Source of the DNA: Gammaproteobacteria bacterium
Lineage (GTDB): Bacteria > Pseudomonadota > Gammaproteobacteria > Steroidobacterales > PWYM01
Direction of reading: 5' to 3'
DNA length: 64,000 nt
NCBI GenBank assembly: GCA_020832005.1
Contig: JAFIFN010000004.1
Span: 5,662 to 69,661 of the forward strand
Shown piece after piece: positions 55,371-64,000 of the stretch. The position numbers and the translations under genes are program-made. The notes below the pieces were generated by a model. That model searched no databases. It was not told the origin of the DNA and worked only from the letters and a program-made list of their open reading frames with translations. Positions within the stretch are counted from its first letter, which is position 1; each line of letters begins with the position of its first letter.

Positions 55371-58300
55371 CCGCTGGGCTCGACGACCTCCTGCTGCATC
55401 TGTCGGATACGCCGGGCCACGTGGTCAGGGGTCTTGGTGTTGCGGGCGATCAGCGAGTAGAAGGCCGGCACCACGAACAGGGTCAGCACCATCGACACCA
55501 GCACACCGGAGAAGATGACGATGCCCAGCGGCGAGCGACTTTCGGTGCCGGCACCGCTGCCGACAATCAGGGGAATGGCGCCAAAGGCCGTACACATGCT
55601 CGTCATGATGACCGGCCGCAGGCGCACGCCGGCCGCCTCGACGATGGCGTCGACGAATTCCATGCCGCGATCGCGCAGCTGGTTGGCGAACTCGACGATG
55701 AGCACGCCGTTCTTTGCCGCCAGGCCCACCAGCATCACCGCACCGATCTGCGAGAACACGTTGATCGTGCCGCCGGCCAGCCACAGCCCCAGCAGCCCGC
55801 CGGTCAATGCCAGCGGCACCGTGGTCATTATTACCAGCGGGTGGCGGAAACTTTCGAACTGCGCGGCGAGCACCAGGAAAACGATGACCAGGGCCAGTAC
55901 GAAAGTCGTGTACAGAGACTGACCGGACTCCTTGAACTCACGCGAGACACCGCTATAGGACAGCACGGCCGAGGGTGGCAACTCCTCAGCCACGACGCGC
56001 TCGATAAACGCCAGTGCATCACCAAGCGGATAACCATCGGCCAGGCCCGCATTGATAGAGATCGAGCGCAAGCGGTCAACGCGATTCAGCCTCGAGGCGC
56101 CTGCCATCTCCTCGATGGTCACGAGATTCGACAGGGGCACGAGTTCACCGCTGCCAGACGATCGGACATAGAGATTGAACAGGTCGGTGGGGGTTGCGCG
56201 ATCCTCTTCGCGGGCCTGGACGATCACGTTGTATTCCTGGCCACCCCGCGTGAACGTGGTCACCACGCGTGAACCCAGCGCGGTCTCCAGTGTCCTGCCC
56301 ACGCTTGACAGCGACACGCCGAGATCCGCGGCGCGGTTCCGGTCGATGGACACGCGGATCTGCGGCTTGGTCTCCTGGTAGTCCGACTGCGGTGCGATGA
56401 TCCCCGGGTTTTCCTCGATGCGCGCCAGCACCAGGTCCCGCCACTGCGATATCTCCTCGTAGCTGGGACCGCCGAGTACGAAACTCACTGGCCGCGAGGC
56501 ACCGCGCACGCCGAGACTTTGCGGCGTGAATACCCGCACCTGGACGCCCGGCAGGTCCGCAAGCTCCGCTGACAGCTCGTCGGCGATCTCGCGGGCGCTG
56601 CGATCGCGCTCGTTCCAGTGCTCGAGCAGCAACCATGCAAAGGAATTATTGACATCGGCACCGCCCCACCCGGCAGGCACACGCGCCAGCATCCGCCGCA
56701 CTTCACCGGTCTCGACATAGCGCAAGACGATGTCTTCCATGCGGCGGGTATAGGCATCGGTATACTCGAAGCTCGCGCCCTCAGGGGCTTCCAGCCTGAG
56801 GATCATCATGCCGCGATCTTCATCGGGCGCGTACTCGGAGGGCAGCGCCGCCAGCAACCCCGCCGCGATGATGGCGGTGCCCAGCGCACCGGCCGCCACG
56901 ACCCAGGGGGCATTCACAACGCGACGCAGGATACGCTTGTAGCCTTCCGCCATGCGGCGGAAGGCAGCATCGACGTGATGGGTAAACCCACTGCGCACGC
57001 GGCTGCGCGAGAACAGCTTCGAACACAGCATGGGCACCAGCGTCAGCGCCACGAGGCTGGAGAAAATCACCGCAGCAGCCAGCGCCAGGCCGAACTCGCC
57101 GAACAGCCGGCCGACGTTGCCTTCCATGAACGACAGCGGCACGAACACCGCCACAAGCACCAGCGTGGTGGCAATCACCGCAAAACCGATCTCGCGACTG
57201 CCGTCCAGTGCGGCAAGCAGTGCCGGCTGACCGCCCTCGATACGCCGGTAGATGTTCTCGAGCACGACGATGGTGTCGTCGACGACGAGCCCGATCGCAA
57301 GCACCAGCCCGAGCAGCGTCAGCACATTGATCGAGAACCCCAGCGCAAACAGCACGATGAAGGTGGCAATCAGGGACACCGGGATGACCAGCGCGGGAAT
57401 CAGCACGGCTCGCACATTCCCCAGGAACAGGTAGATGACGACCAGCACCAGCGTCAGGGCGAAAAATATCGCCTTGAAGACTTCCTTGCGGGATTCATTG
57501 ATGAAAATGGCACTGTCATTATTGACATCGATGATCATGCCTTCGGGCAGCGTCGGGCGCATCTGCTCCATGACTTCGCGCACGCGCGCGGAGATCTCGA
57601 CGGTATTGGCCTTGGACTGCTGGATGATGCCCATGCTGATGCCGGGCACACCGTTGCTGCGCGAGGTGCTGCGAAAATCCTCCGCATCCAGTGCCACGTC
57701 TGCGACTTCTCCGAGGCGCACGAGGAAACCGTCCTGGCCGCGCCCTACGACCAGCGCGCGGAAATCCTGCTCGGATTCCAGTCCTGTGCGGGTGCGCAGC
57801 GTGAACTCGCGCTCCAGCGACTCGATGCGACCGGCAGGCAGTTCGACATTTTCCTGGCGCAGCGCCTGCTCGACATCCTCGACTGTCAGCCCACGCGCGG
57901 CCAGTGCCCGGCGGTTCAGCCAGATTCGCATCGCATAGCGCCGGGCACCGCCAAGACGGATCTGGGCGACACCGTCGACCACGGAGAGGCGATCGACAAT
58001 GACGCGCTCGGCGTAGTCGGTCAGCTCCAGTACGTTCATCCGATCACTGGACAGGTTCAGCCACATGATCGGATCAGCTTCGCTGTCCTGCTTGGCGATC
58101 TGCGGCGCATCGACCTCGTCAGGCAACCGGCCCACGACACGGCTGACGCGATCGCGGATATCGTTGGCCGCCGCGTCGATATCGCGCGACATGTTGAATT
58201 CGATCGTGACGCTGGAGCGCTCGTCACGACTTGAGGAGTTGATGCTGCGCACGCCATCGATGCCCGCCACCGCATCCTCGATGATCTGGGTCACACGGGT

Positions 58301-58480
58301 CTCGATGATCGCCGCCGAGGCGCCCCGGTAGTTGGTCGTAATCGACACGATGGGCGAATCGATATCGGGGTACTCGCGCACGGCGAGGCGTTCAAAAGAC
58401 ATCACCCCGAGAATCACGAGCAGCAGACTCAGCACCATCGCAAATACGGGGCGCTTGATCGACAGCTCCGAGATGATCAC
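55361..58480 (-). CDS. RND efflux transporter permease (AcrB/HAE1-like)
   Basis: 1039 aa. The N-terminus IKRPVFAMVLSLLLVILG, 12-TM/two-large-loop architecture and length are typical of AcrB-like proteins. Confidence 0.92.
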   Translation of the reverse strand: MIISELSIKRPVFAMVLSLLLVILGVMSFERLAVREYPDIDSPIVSITTNYRGASAAIIETRVTQIIEDAVAGIDGVRSINSSSRDERSSVTIEFNMSRDIDAAANDIRDRVSRVVGRLPDEVDAPQIAKQDSEADPIMWLNLSSDRMNVLELTDYAERVIVDRLSVVDGVAQIRLGGARRYAMRIWLNRRALAARGLTVEDVEQALRQENVELPAGRIESLEREFTLRTRTGLESEQDFRALVVGRGQDGFLVRLGEVADVALDAEDFRSTSRSNGVPGISMGIIQQSKANTVEISARVREVMEQMRPTLPEGMIIDVNNDSAIFINESRKEVFKAIFFALTLVLVVIYLFLGNVRAVLIPALVIPVSLIATFIVLFALGFSINVLTLLGLVLAIGLVVDDTIVVLENIYRRIEGGQPALLAALDGSREIGFAVIATTLVLVAVFVPLSFMEGNVGRLFGEFGLALAAAVIFSSLVALTLVPMLCSKLFSRSRVRSGFTHHVDAAFRRMAEGYKRILRRVVNAPWVVAAGALGTAIIAAGLLAALPSEYAPDEDRGMMILRLEAPEGASFEYTDAYTRRMEDIVLRYVETGEVRRMLARVPAGWGGADVNNSFAWLLLEHWNERDRSAREIADELSAELADLPGVQVRVFTPQSLGVRGASRPVSFVLGGPSYEEISQWRDLVLARIEENPGIIAPQSDYQETKPQIRVSIDRNRAADLGVSLSSVGRTLETALGSRVVTTFTRGGQEYNVIVQAREEDRATPTDLFNLYVRSSGSGELVPLSNLVTIEEMAGASRLNRVDRLRSISINAGLADGYPLGDALAFIERVVAEELPPSAVLSYSGVSREFKESGQSLYTTFVLALVIVFLVLAAQFESFRHPLVIMTTVPLALTGGLLGLWLAGGTINVFSQIGAVMLVGLAAKNGVLIVEFANQLRDRGMEFVDAIVEAAGVRLRPVIMTSMCTAFGAIPLIVGSGAGTESRSPLGIVIFSGVLVSMVLTLFVVPAFYSLIARNTKTPDHVARRIRQMQQEVVEPSGQA

Positions 58481-59580
58481 GGCGCCATGGCCTCGTCACC
58501 CGGTACCGAGGCCGCAGCCAGGGCGCGTACGGGACTGCCGGGACGCACCTTCTGCGTGCCCTCCACGACGATCTGCTCACCCGCATCCAGGCCCTGTGTG
58601 ACCTCGACCACGCCAACACCACGACGACCCGTGATGACCTCGCGTCGCTCGGCGACGCCGTCACTGATCACGAACACGAACTGCCGGTTCTGCACCGGCA
58701 CGAGCGCAGCCTCCGGGATAACAGCGGCCTGGCGCTCCTGCTGGGCGAGCTGCACGCTCAGGAACATGCCCGGCCGCAGGCGGCCGTCGGGATTGGGGAC
58801 GGCTGCGCGCACCGTCACAGAGCGGGTGATCGGGTCGACGCGGCTGTCGATGCTCTCCACCACGCCGGTGAAGGGCTGCTCCGGGAACGCCACACTCTCC
58901 GCACTGATCGAAGCGCCCATCTCGATCCCGGACAGAAACGCCTCCGGCACTGAAAAATCCAGCTTGATGATGCGTGTGTCGTCCAGGGTGGTGATCGGGT
59001 CATTGGGCCCCACCAGGCTGCCGACGCTGATGCGCCGCAGGCCGACACGACCGGCAAACGGCGCGCGGATCTGGAAGTCAGCCAGCCGCGCCTCGGCGGC
59101 TGCCACCCGAGCGGTGTCGGCCTTCATGCGCGACTCGAGCTCCTGGAGCTGCGACTGCGACACGACACGCTGGTCGAACAGCGATCTGGCGCGCTCGAAC
59201 TGATTGCGGCTTTCCACCAGGTTGGCATTGGCCTCGGCAAGCGCTGCACGCTGCTCGTTGGCCTCGAGCTCCACCATCACGGTACCGGCCTCGACGAACT
59301 GGCCTTCGTTAAAGCGGATGCGCTCGACCCGCCCGGACACGCGCGAGGTGATCATCACCGATTCGCTGGCCCGGGCGGTGCCCAGCGCCTCGATCTCGCG
59401 AGCCATGGTCTGGACCCGTACCGACTCGGTGATTACGGTGACCGGGCCGCCGGCGCGCATGCCTTGGGGCGCGGCGATGTCCTGCGGCCGATTCAGCCAC
59501 AAGCTGAAGGCCACGGCGAGCCCGATGAGAGCCACACCAAGCAAGACACGCAGCACGACGCTGCCCCTGAGTGTTTTCAT
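58477..59580 (-). CDS. RND efflux periplasmic adaptor (MFP)
   Basis: 367 aa from the internal ATG 59580. N-terminal anchor, coiled-coil hairpin (ANLVESRNQFERARSLF...) and beta-barrel domains. Its stop overlaps the RND start by 4 nt. Confidence 0.88.
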   Translation of the reverse strand: MKTLRGSVVLRVLLGVALIGLAVAFSLWLNRPQDIAAPQGMRAGGPVTVITESVRVQTMAREIEALGTARASESVMITSRVSGRVERIRFNEGQFVEAGTVMVELEANEQRAALAEANANLVESRNQFERARSLFDQRVVSQSQLQELESRMKADTARVAAAEARLADFQIRAPFAGRVGLRRISVGSLVGPNDPITTLDDTRIIKLDFSVPEAFLSGIEMGASISAESVAFPEQPFTGVVESIDSRVDPITRSVTVRAAVPNPDGRLRPGMFLSVQLAQQERQAAVIPEAALVPVQNRQFVFVISDGVAERREVITGRRGVGVVEVTQGLDAGEQIVVEGTQKVRPGSPVRALAAASVPGDEAMAP

Positions 59581-59637
59581 CTCCGACCTACTCCCGACGG
59601 AATCTGGGTGCGCCAGCTTCTGCGTATTTGACAGTGC

Positions 59638-59643
59638 ATTATA
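59638..59643 (-). promoter_or_regulatory. perfect TATAAT hexamer about 58 nt upstream of the MFP start
   Basis: Plus-strand attata at 59638-59643. No convincing -35 was found. Confidence 0.25.
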
Positions 59644-59846
59644 GATGGGAAAGCAGCAGTACGGGCGCCGGGCGCCGCAGAACTCCCCGCGCCCATGGCC
59701 GCACGACACGGCCACCTCAACCGCATATCTTCCCTGAACACTGCTCTATACGCCGCGACGAAGATCCCAGATTCGCCGGGGTCGCGGCCGGGCAGGGCCC
59801 GGTATTCGACGTGACCCAATGACGATGCTTCCACTGGCCCAAGCCC

Positions 59847-61517
59847 TCAGCGGGGCCACAGACCCGGCAGCGGGCCATCGTCAGGCTCAGCCTGCTGACT
59901 CGGCAGACGCCGGAAATCATCTATCCGGGCCGCCAGCCCGGCACCGCTCCAGGGTGTCTGCACCGGCGAGTAGAAGACTGCCGACAGCGCCCGGACCGGC
60001 TCGGCCAGCTGCGCGGGCAGACGCTCGGCGACAGCACCGACGCTGCGCGGCGGATGCTCAGGCCACTCACAGCGAGCCCAGTCCAGCAATGCGTCACGTG
60101 CGCCAGCAGCGTCGTTGCGTCGGCAGGCAAGCTTCAATGCACGCAGAGCCGAGCGGATCGATCGCATCCGCTGGCTCGCCCCCGGCGCGCCGGTCAGCCG
60201 CCGCTGACCCGCGGCGACATGACGCCCGAAGTTACCGAGGCGCCACCACGCCAACAGGGTCAGCAGCCATGCCACGCCCAGGCCCAGCGTCGCCAGCTGC
60301 CAGGGCCGGGCGGCGCCGCTCAGCGCTGCCGAGCCTGAGCGCTCGAGGCCCTGTGCATCTGCGGCCACCAGGCCCGGAGGCGCGCTCTGGGCTTCGATGA
60401 CTTCCAGTCCCGGTAGCTCGGCGCGGGCCACTTCCCAGCGTTCGGTCTCGACATTGAACCAGGGGACGCTGATCGCCAGTGGCGGGTAGCGCCCCGGCTG
60501 CGTCGCGATCAGCGCGAGCTGCTGTACGCGTCGCGCGCGACTGCCACCCTCGCGCTGGGCGTCGTCACTGAGATCGGCGCGATCGCTGTAGATGCGCAGT
60601 CCTTCGGGCGCCGTCAACTCCAGCGTCGGCAACTGGCTTGCGCGCAAGCCGGAGGCGGTCAACGTCAGCGTGGCGGTCACCGGCTCGCCCGCACGCAGCT
60701 GATTGCCAAGCGCGGCAGCAAGATCCAGCGAAAGTGCCCGTGCCGGCAGCCACGGGCCTTCGGGAATGGCATCCGGTCGCGCAGGCATCGGCCGCACATC
60801 GAGTTCCAGCGGCTCGGAGCGGAACCGCGATACACGCGGCCGCCGTCCACCCTCACTGAGCTGCGCCTCCAGCGTCATGGCATCGATGACCAGCGCGCCA
60901 CTGCGCTGCGGCACAAGCGAATAGCGCTGCTCCCAGACCAGGAAATTGCGCCCGTCGCGCACGGCCTGGAACTGCCGCGCCTCGCCGAGCTTCTGAATCA
61001 TGACCTCGCCCCGGCTGGCCCGCGGCTCGGACAGACGGGTGCCACGGGCGCCGACGGCCAGGTACAGCCGCACCGTGTAGATCACCTCGGCCTGCACATA
61101 CGGCGTAAGCGAAGACACGCTGGCCTCGACGAATATGTCGCCGGCACGTTGCGAGCCTTCGGCTGGCGGCATCACGACCAGGGGGATCGGATCGGTCAGC
61201 GAGCTGCCAACGCCGATGGCAGGCACCTCGCGGACCCCGGCATTGCGCGGCATCAGGCCGACTTCCCACAAGGTCTCGCGCGCATAGTCACCGTCGATGA
61301 TGCGCACCCGGCTCTCCTGGCCGCGGTGCAGGGTCTCGAAGTGCTCATCGAGGACCGACCAGTCGGGCACCTCGACCGGCTCGCCGAGCAGGCGCACCGT
61401 CAGTGTCACAGACTCATTCGCCGGCACCCGGTCACGGTCCACCGAGGCGCTGAGCCGTGGCTCGGCACCGGCCGCCAGCGCCGGCAGCAGCAGACACAGC
61501 CAGAGCCACTTCACCAC
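59847..61517 (-). CDS. batD: BatD-family (oxygen tolerance) protein
   Basis: About 556 aa from GTG 61517 or 61514, overlapping the upstream TGA. Signal peptide KWLWLCLLLPALAAGA followed by SASVDRDRVPANESVTLTVRL, typical of BatD, and a late TM segment. Confidence 0.75.
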   Translation of the reverse strand: MVKWLWLCLLLPALAAGAEPRLSASVDRDRVPANESVTLTVRLLGEPVEVPDWSVLDEHFETLHRGQESRVRIIDGDYARETLWEVGLMPRNAGVREVPAIGVGSSLTDPIPLVVMPPAEGSQRAGDIFVEASVSSLTPYVQAEVIYTVRLYLAVGARGTRLSEPRASRGEVMIQKLGEARQFQAVRDGRNFLVWEQRYSLVPQRSGALVIDAMTLEAQLSEGGRRPRVSRFRSEPLELDVRPMPARPDAIPEGPWLPARALSLDLAAALGNQLRAGEPVTATLTLTASGLRASQLPTLELTAPEGLRIYSDRADLSDDAQREGGSRARRVQQLALIATQPGRYPPLAISVPWFNVETERWEVARAELPGLEVIEAQSAPPGLVAADAQGLERSGSAALSGAARPWQLATLGLGVAWLLTLLAWWRLGNFGRHVAAGQRRLTGAPGASQRMRSIRSALRALKLACRRNDAAGARDALLDWARCEWPEHPPRSVGAVAERLPAQLAEPVRALSAVFYSPVQTPWSGAGLAARIDDFRRLPSQQAEPDDGPLPGLWPR

Positions 61518-63319
61518 GGCTGCAACTCGTCGCCTGGCCAGGTCGGGTTGCCGTCCTGGTCGCGCTGCTGGCGGCGGTACTGGTACTCGAACTTGCGCTG
61601 CAACAACACGCCGGGTTCGTCGGGCACCTGCCGCAGCCACTGTTCCATCGCCTGGCGTACTTCCTCTTCATCAGGGAAATCAATCGTCTCGGAGCGCTGC
61701 GCCGCCAACGCTGCCTCGGCGCCGTCTGCCTCATCGGCACTATCGGCCGCCGCAGCACGGGCATCGCGCTGGCCGTCCCGGCCGTCTGCCTCGGGCTGCC
61801 CTTCACCGGCATCCTGCGCCTGCGACGGGTCGGCCTGGCCTGACTCGGGGGGACCGGCCTGGGAAGCATCCTCGCGCTGACCATCACCTTCGCCGGGCGA
61901 GGGCGTGCCCTGCGCCATCGGGTCGGCCTCGGCCTGCGAGCGCGCCAGAAGCTCGCTTATCACGGCGTGATTGTGCCGGGCGTCAGCGTGCTCGGGATCC
62001 TGCGCGAGAGCCTGCTCGAGGGCCACCAGCGCGCCCTGCAGATCCCCAGCCTGTGCCAGCGCGGTCCCGCGGTTGTACTGGGCCTGCACGTCGTCGAGAT
62101 CGGCAAGCGCCGCCGCACTTTCGGCATAACGCCCGGCGCGGTACAGGGCCGCCGCCCGCCAGTGCGGGTCCGCGAACAGTGCCGCCGCGCGCTGCGCATC
62201 GCCCTGCTCGAGGATCTGCAGCGCCTGCCGGTCGGCGTTCGTCAGTGCCGCGCGCCACTGACCCGCCTCTGCTTCGGCGGGCACGACCGGCATGACCAGC
62301 AGCAACAACGGTAGCAGCGGCACCACCGGCACCAGCGCGCCGCGGCGAAAGCCCAGCAGCCCAAGTGGCAGCAGGGCCAGCAGCAGCCACGGCCCGCGGT
62401 CCCGCCAGGCATCGGCCTGCGCATCGGCAGCACGTGCTTCGCCTGCGCTGCGTCGCAGCAAGGGGCTGAGCAGATGGTCCAGGTCCCGGTCGTCGGCCGA
62501 CAGCACGGCGAAGCGCCCTCGACCCTCTGCGGCGAGCTGTCGCAGCGGCCCTTCGCTCATGCCGGGCACCACGACCCGTCCGTCGCGATCGCGTAGCAGA
62601 CGCCCGTCGCCCACCGGCACCGGTGCGCCGGCGGGTGTGCCCACGGCCAGTACCGAGGTGCGGATGTCGCGCGCGGCCAGCTCGGCGGCGACCCGTCTGG
62701 CGCCCGGCCCCCCGGCCTCATCGGCGACCAGCAGCAGATCCCCACCCGGCAGCCCGGCCTGGTCCAGCAGCTCGGCACCCTTGCGCAGACCCACTGCGGG
62801 AAAGCTGCCCTGGCTGGGCATGATCGAGGTACTCAACTCCGGCAGCAGCAGTTCTATGTTGCGCGCATCCGTGGTCAGCGGCGTCACTACGAAGGCGTTG
62901 GCGCTGTATACGACCAGCCCGAACTGGTCAGCCGGTCGACGCTCCAGGATGTCGCGCACCTTGAGTACCGCGCGCGCCAGGCGGCTGGGCGCGATGTCCT
63001 GCGCATCCATCGAGCGTGACAGGTCAAGCACGATCACCAACGCCGAATCCGCCTGGTAGAGTGGTTGTGGCACGCGCTCCCATGCCGGTCCGGCCAACGC
63101 GACAATGGCCAGCAGGCCGGCAAGCCCCACGAGCCCTGCAAAGCGGCCGGTACCGCGGTGGTCATCACGACCGCTGAGCACATGGGCATGCAGCGACGGC
63201 GCGATCCAGCGCGCCCAGGCCCCGCCGCGCATCGGCGCGCGCCACAGACGCCAGGTCAGCCAGGCCAGCAGCGGCAGGGCCAGCAGCCAAAGTGGTCGCA
63301 GCAGCGTGAACTCAGGCAT
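61511..63319 (-). CDS. VWA-domain protein fused to TPR domain (BatB-BatC-like fusion)
   Basis: 602 aa. N-terminal TM helices, the VWA MIDAS motif VIVLDLSRSMDAQD, a second TM region, TPR-like repeats (YNRGTALAQAGDLQGALVALEQAL) and an acidic low-complexity tail. Confidence 0.8.
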   Translation of the reverse strand: MPEFTLLRPLWLLALPLLAWLTWRLWRAPMRGGAWARWIAPSLHAHVLSGRDDHRGTGRFAGLVGLAGLLAIVALAGPAWERVPQPLYQADSALVIVLDLSRSMDAQDIAPSRLARAVLKVRDILERRPADQFGLVVYSANAFVVTPLTTDARNIELLLPELSTSIMPSQGSFPAVGLRKGAELLDQAGLPGGDLLLVADEAGGPGARRVAAELAARDIRTSVLAVGTPAGAPVPVGDGRLLRDRDGRVVVPGMSEGPLRQLAAEGRGRFAVLSADDRDLDHLLSPLLRRSAGEARAADAQADAWRDRGPWLLLALLPLGLLGFRRGALVPVVPLLPLLLLVMPVVPAEAEAGQWRAALTNADRQALQILEQGDAQRAAALFADPHWRAAALYRAGRYAESAAALADLDDVQAQYNRGTALAQAGDLQGALVALEQALAQDPEHADARHNHAVISELLARSQAEADPMAQGTPSPGEGDGQREDASQAGPPESGQADPSQAQDAGEGQPEADGRDGQRDARAAAADSADEADGAEAALAAQRSETIDFPDEEEVRQAMEQWLRQVPDEPGVLLQRKFEYQYRRQQRDQDGNPTWPGDELQPW

Positions 63320-64000
63320 GCCGGCCCACCCACCGCGGCGCCGGCAGACCCGTGCGCGGCAGCATCAGCATGAGATAGAGCACAAGGCCTGCGCCCAGCG
63401 GCCAGGCGTAGAGTTCGCGCACCGGGCGATAACCCTCCTCATCACTGATAACCGGCTCGAGTTCATTGAGCCGCTCGTAGATAGCAGACATTTCCATCGC
63501 ATCACGTGCACGGAAATACTGCCCGCCTGTCTGCTCGGCAATCGCCGTCAGGGTTGGTTCGTCGAGGTCGGCACCGCGTCGCGGCAGCAGGCCGGCAGGC
63601 CCTTCCGCGGCACCCCCCGCGCCGCCTTCGCTGCCGATGCCGATGGTATAGATGCGCAATCCCCGGTGCGCGGCGATCGCGGCGGCCTGCAGAGGCTCCA
63701 GTGCCCCAGCGTTGTTGACGCCATCGGTCAGCAACACCAGCACCCGGTCACCGCTTGGCGGGCCGGAGTCGTCCGTCAGGCTGCGCACCGCCAGGCCGAT
63801 CGCATCACCAATGGCGGTTTCGCGCCCCGCCAGTCCGATGAAGGACTCATCGAGCAGACGCTGCACAGTCGCGCGATCAAAGGTCAGCGGCGCCTGAACG
63901 TAGGCATCACGGGCAAACAGGATCAGGCCGATGCGATCACCCGTACGTCCGGCGATGAACTCGTTGGCAATTTTCTTGGTGGCACTTAACCGGTCCGTCC
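63312..64000 (-). CDS. batA: VWA-domain protein BatA (5-prime end beyond window)
   Basis: The reading frame stays open to the window edge. By hand, 63998-63867 translates to TDRLSATKKIANEFIAGRTGDRIGLILFARDAYVQAPLTFDRATV, continuing into the track ORF (LLTDGVNNAG, IYTIGIGS). The stop overlaps the next start by 8 nt. Confidence 0.8.
   Translation of the reverse strand, partial: TDRLSATKKIANEFIAGRTGDRIGLILFARDAYVQAPLTFDRATVQRLLDESFIGLAGRETAIGDAIGLAVRSLTDDSGPPSGDRVLVLLTDGVNNAGALEPLQAAAIAAHRGLRIYTIGIGSEGGAGGAAEGPAGLLPRRGADLDEPTLTAIAEQTGGQYFRARDAMEMSAIYERLNELEPVISDEEGYRPVRELYAWPLGAGLVLYLMLMLPRTGLPAPRWVGRHA

Overview
This is a visibly GC-rich (mid-60s % by eye, not computed), densely coding, gammaproteobacterial-type chromosomal segment. 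I recognise about 55 protein genes and no rRNA, tRNA, CRISPR array, transposase or integrase. All family calls rest on motifs and colinearity read by eye; no searches were run.

Core content:
- trxA divergent from rhlB, then yrfG, cysQ, arfB and plsB.
- A translationally coupled otsB-GH15-otsA-glk trehalose operon.
- A beta-carbonic anhydrase.
- mtfA coupled to a fused 5-oxoprolinase.
- A MscS-type channel.
- A complete Na+-NQR operon (nqrABCDEF-apbE-nqrM).
- sohB and lipA.
- An OmpA-domain protein.
- A GGDEF cyclase.
- An RND efflux pair.
- The distal part of a Bat operon (batA partial, batB/C fusion, batD).

Unusual content, most interesting first:
1. A stand-alone, diverged contractile-tail sheath homologue with host-like codon usage (24119-25660). 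No tube, baseplate or other tail gene occurs anywhere in the window. It sits just downstream of an operon encoding a LysM L,D-transpeptidase, a secreted alpha/beta hydrolase, an unlisted 48-codon micro-ORF and a cysteine-less glutaredoxin-like::DUF3429 membrane fusion.
2. The four-gene ligase-associated DNA-damage-response cassette (exonuclease, ATP-dependent ligase, Lhr-like helicase, PdeM) is split by about 3.2 kb. The insert holds an Xre/RES toxin-antitoxin pair, a VOC protein and an S41 lipoprotein peptidase. The TA pair has a perfect operator palindrome inside a sigma70-like promoter.
3. A LuxR-type solo regulator lies divergent from a cluster of TonB-dependent receptor, Tat-signal flavoprotein, Sel1-like protein, carbonic anhydrase, hydrolase and methyltransferase. 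Candidate cis elements sit in the shared intergenic region.

Many very long ORFs in the supplied track are antisense shadows of real genes, as expected at this GC content, and were rejected. The track also uses GTG/TTG starts and often over-extends N-termini, so I re-set several starts from the sequence.
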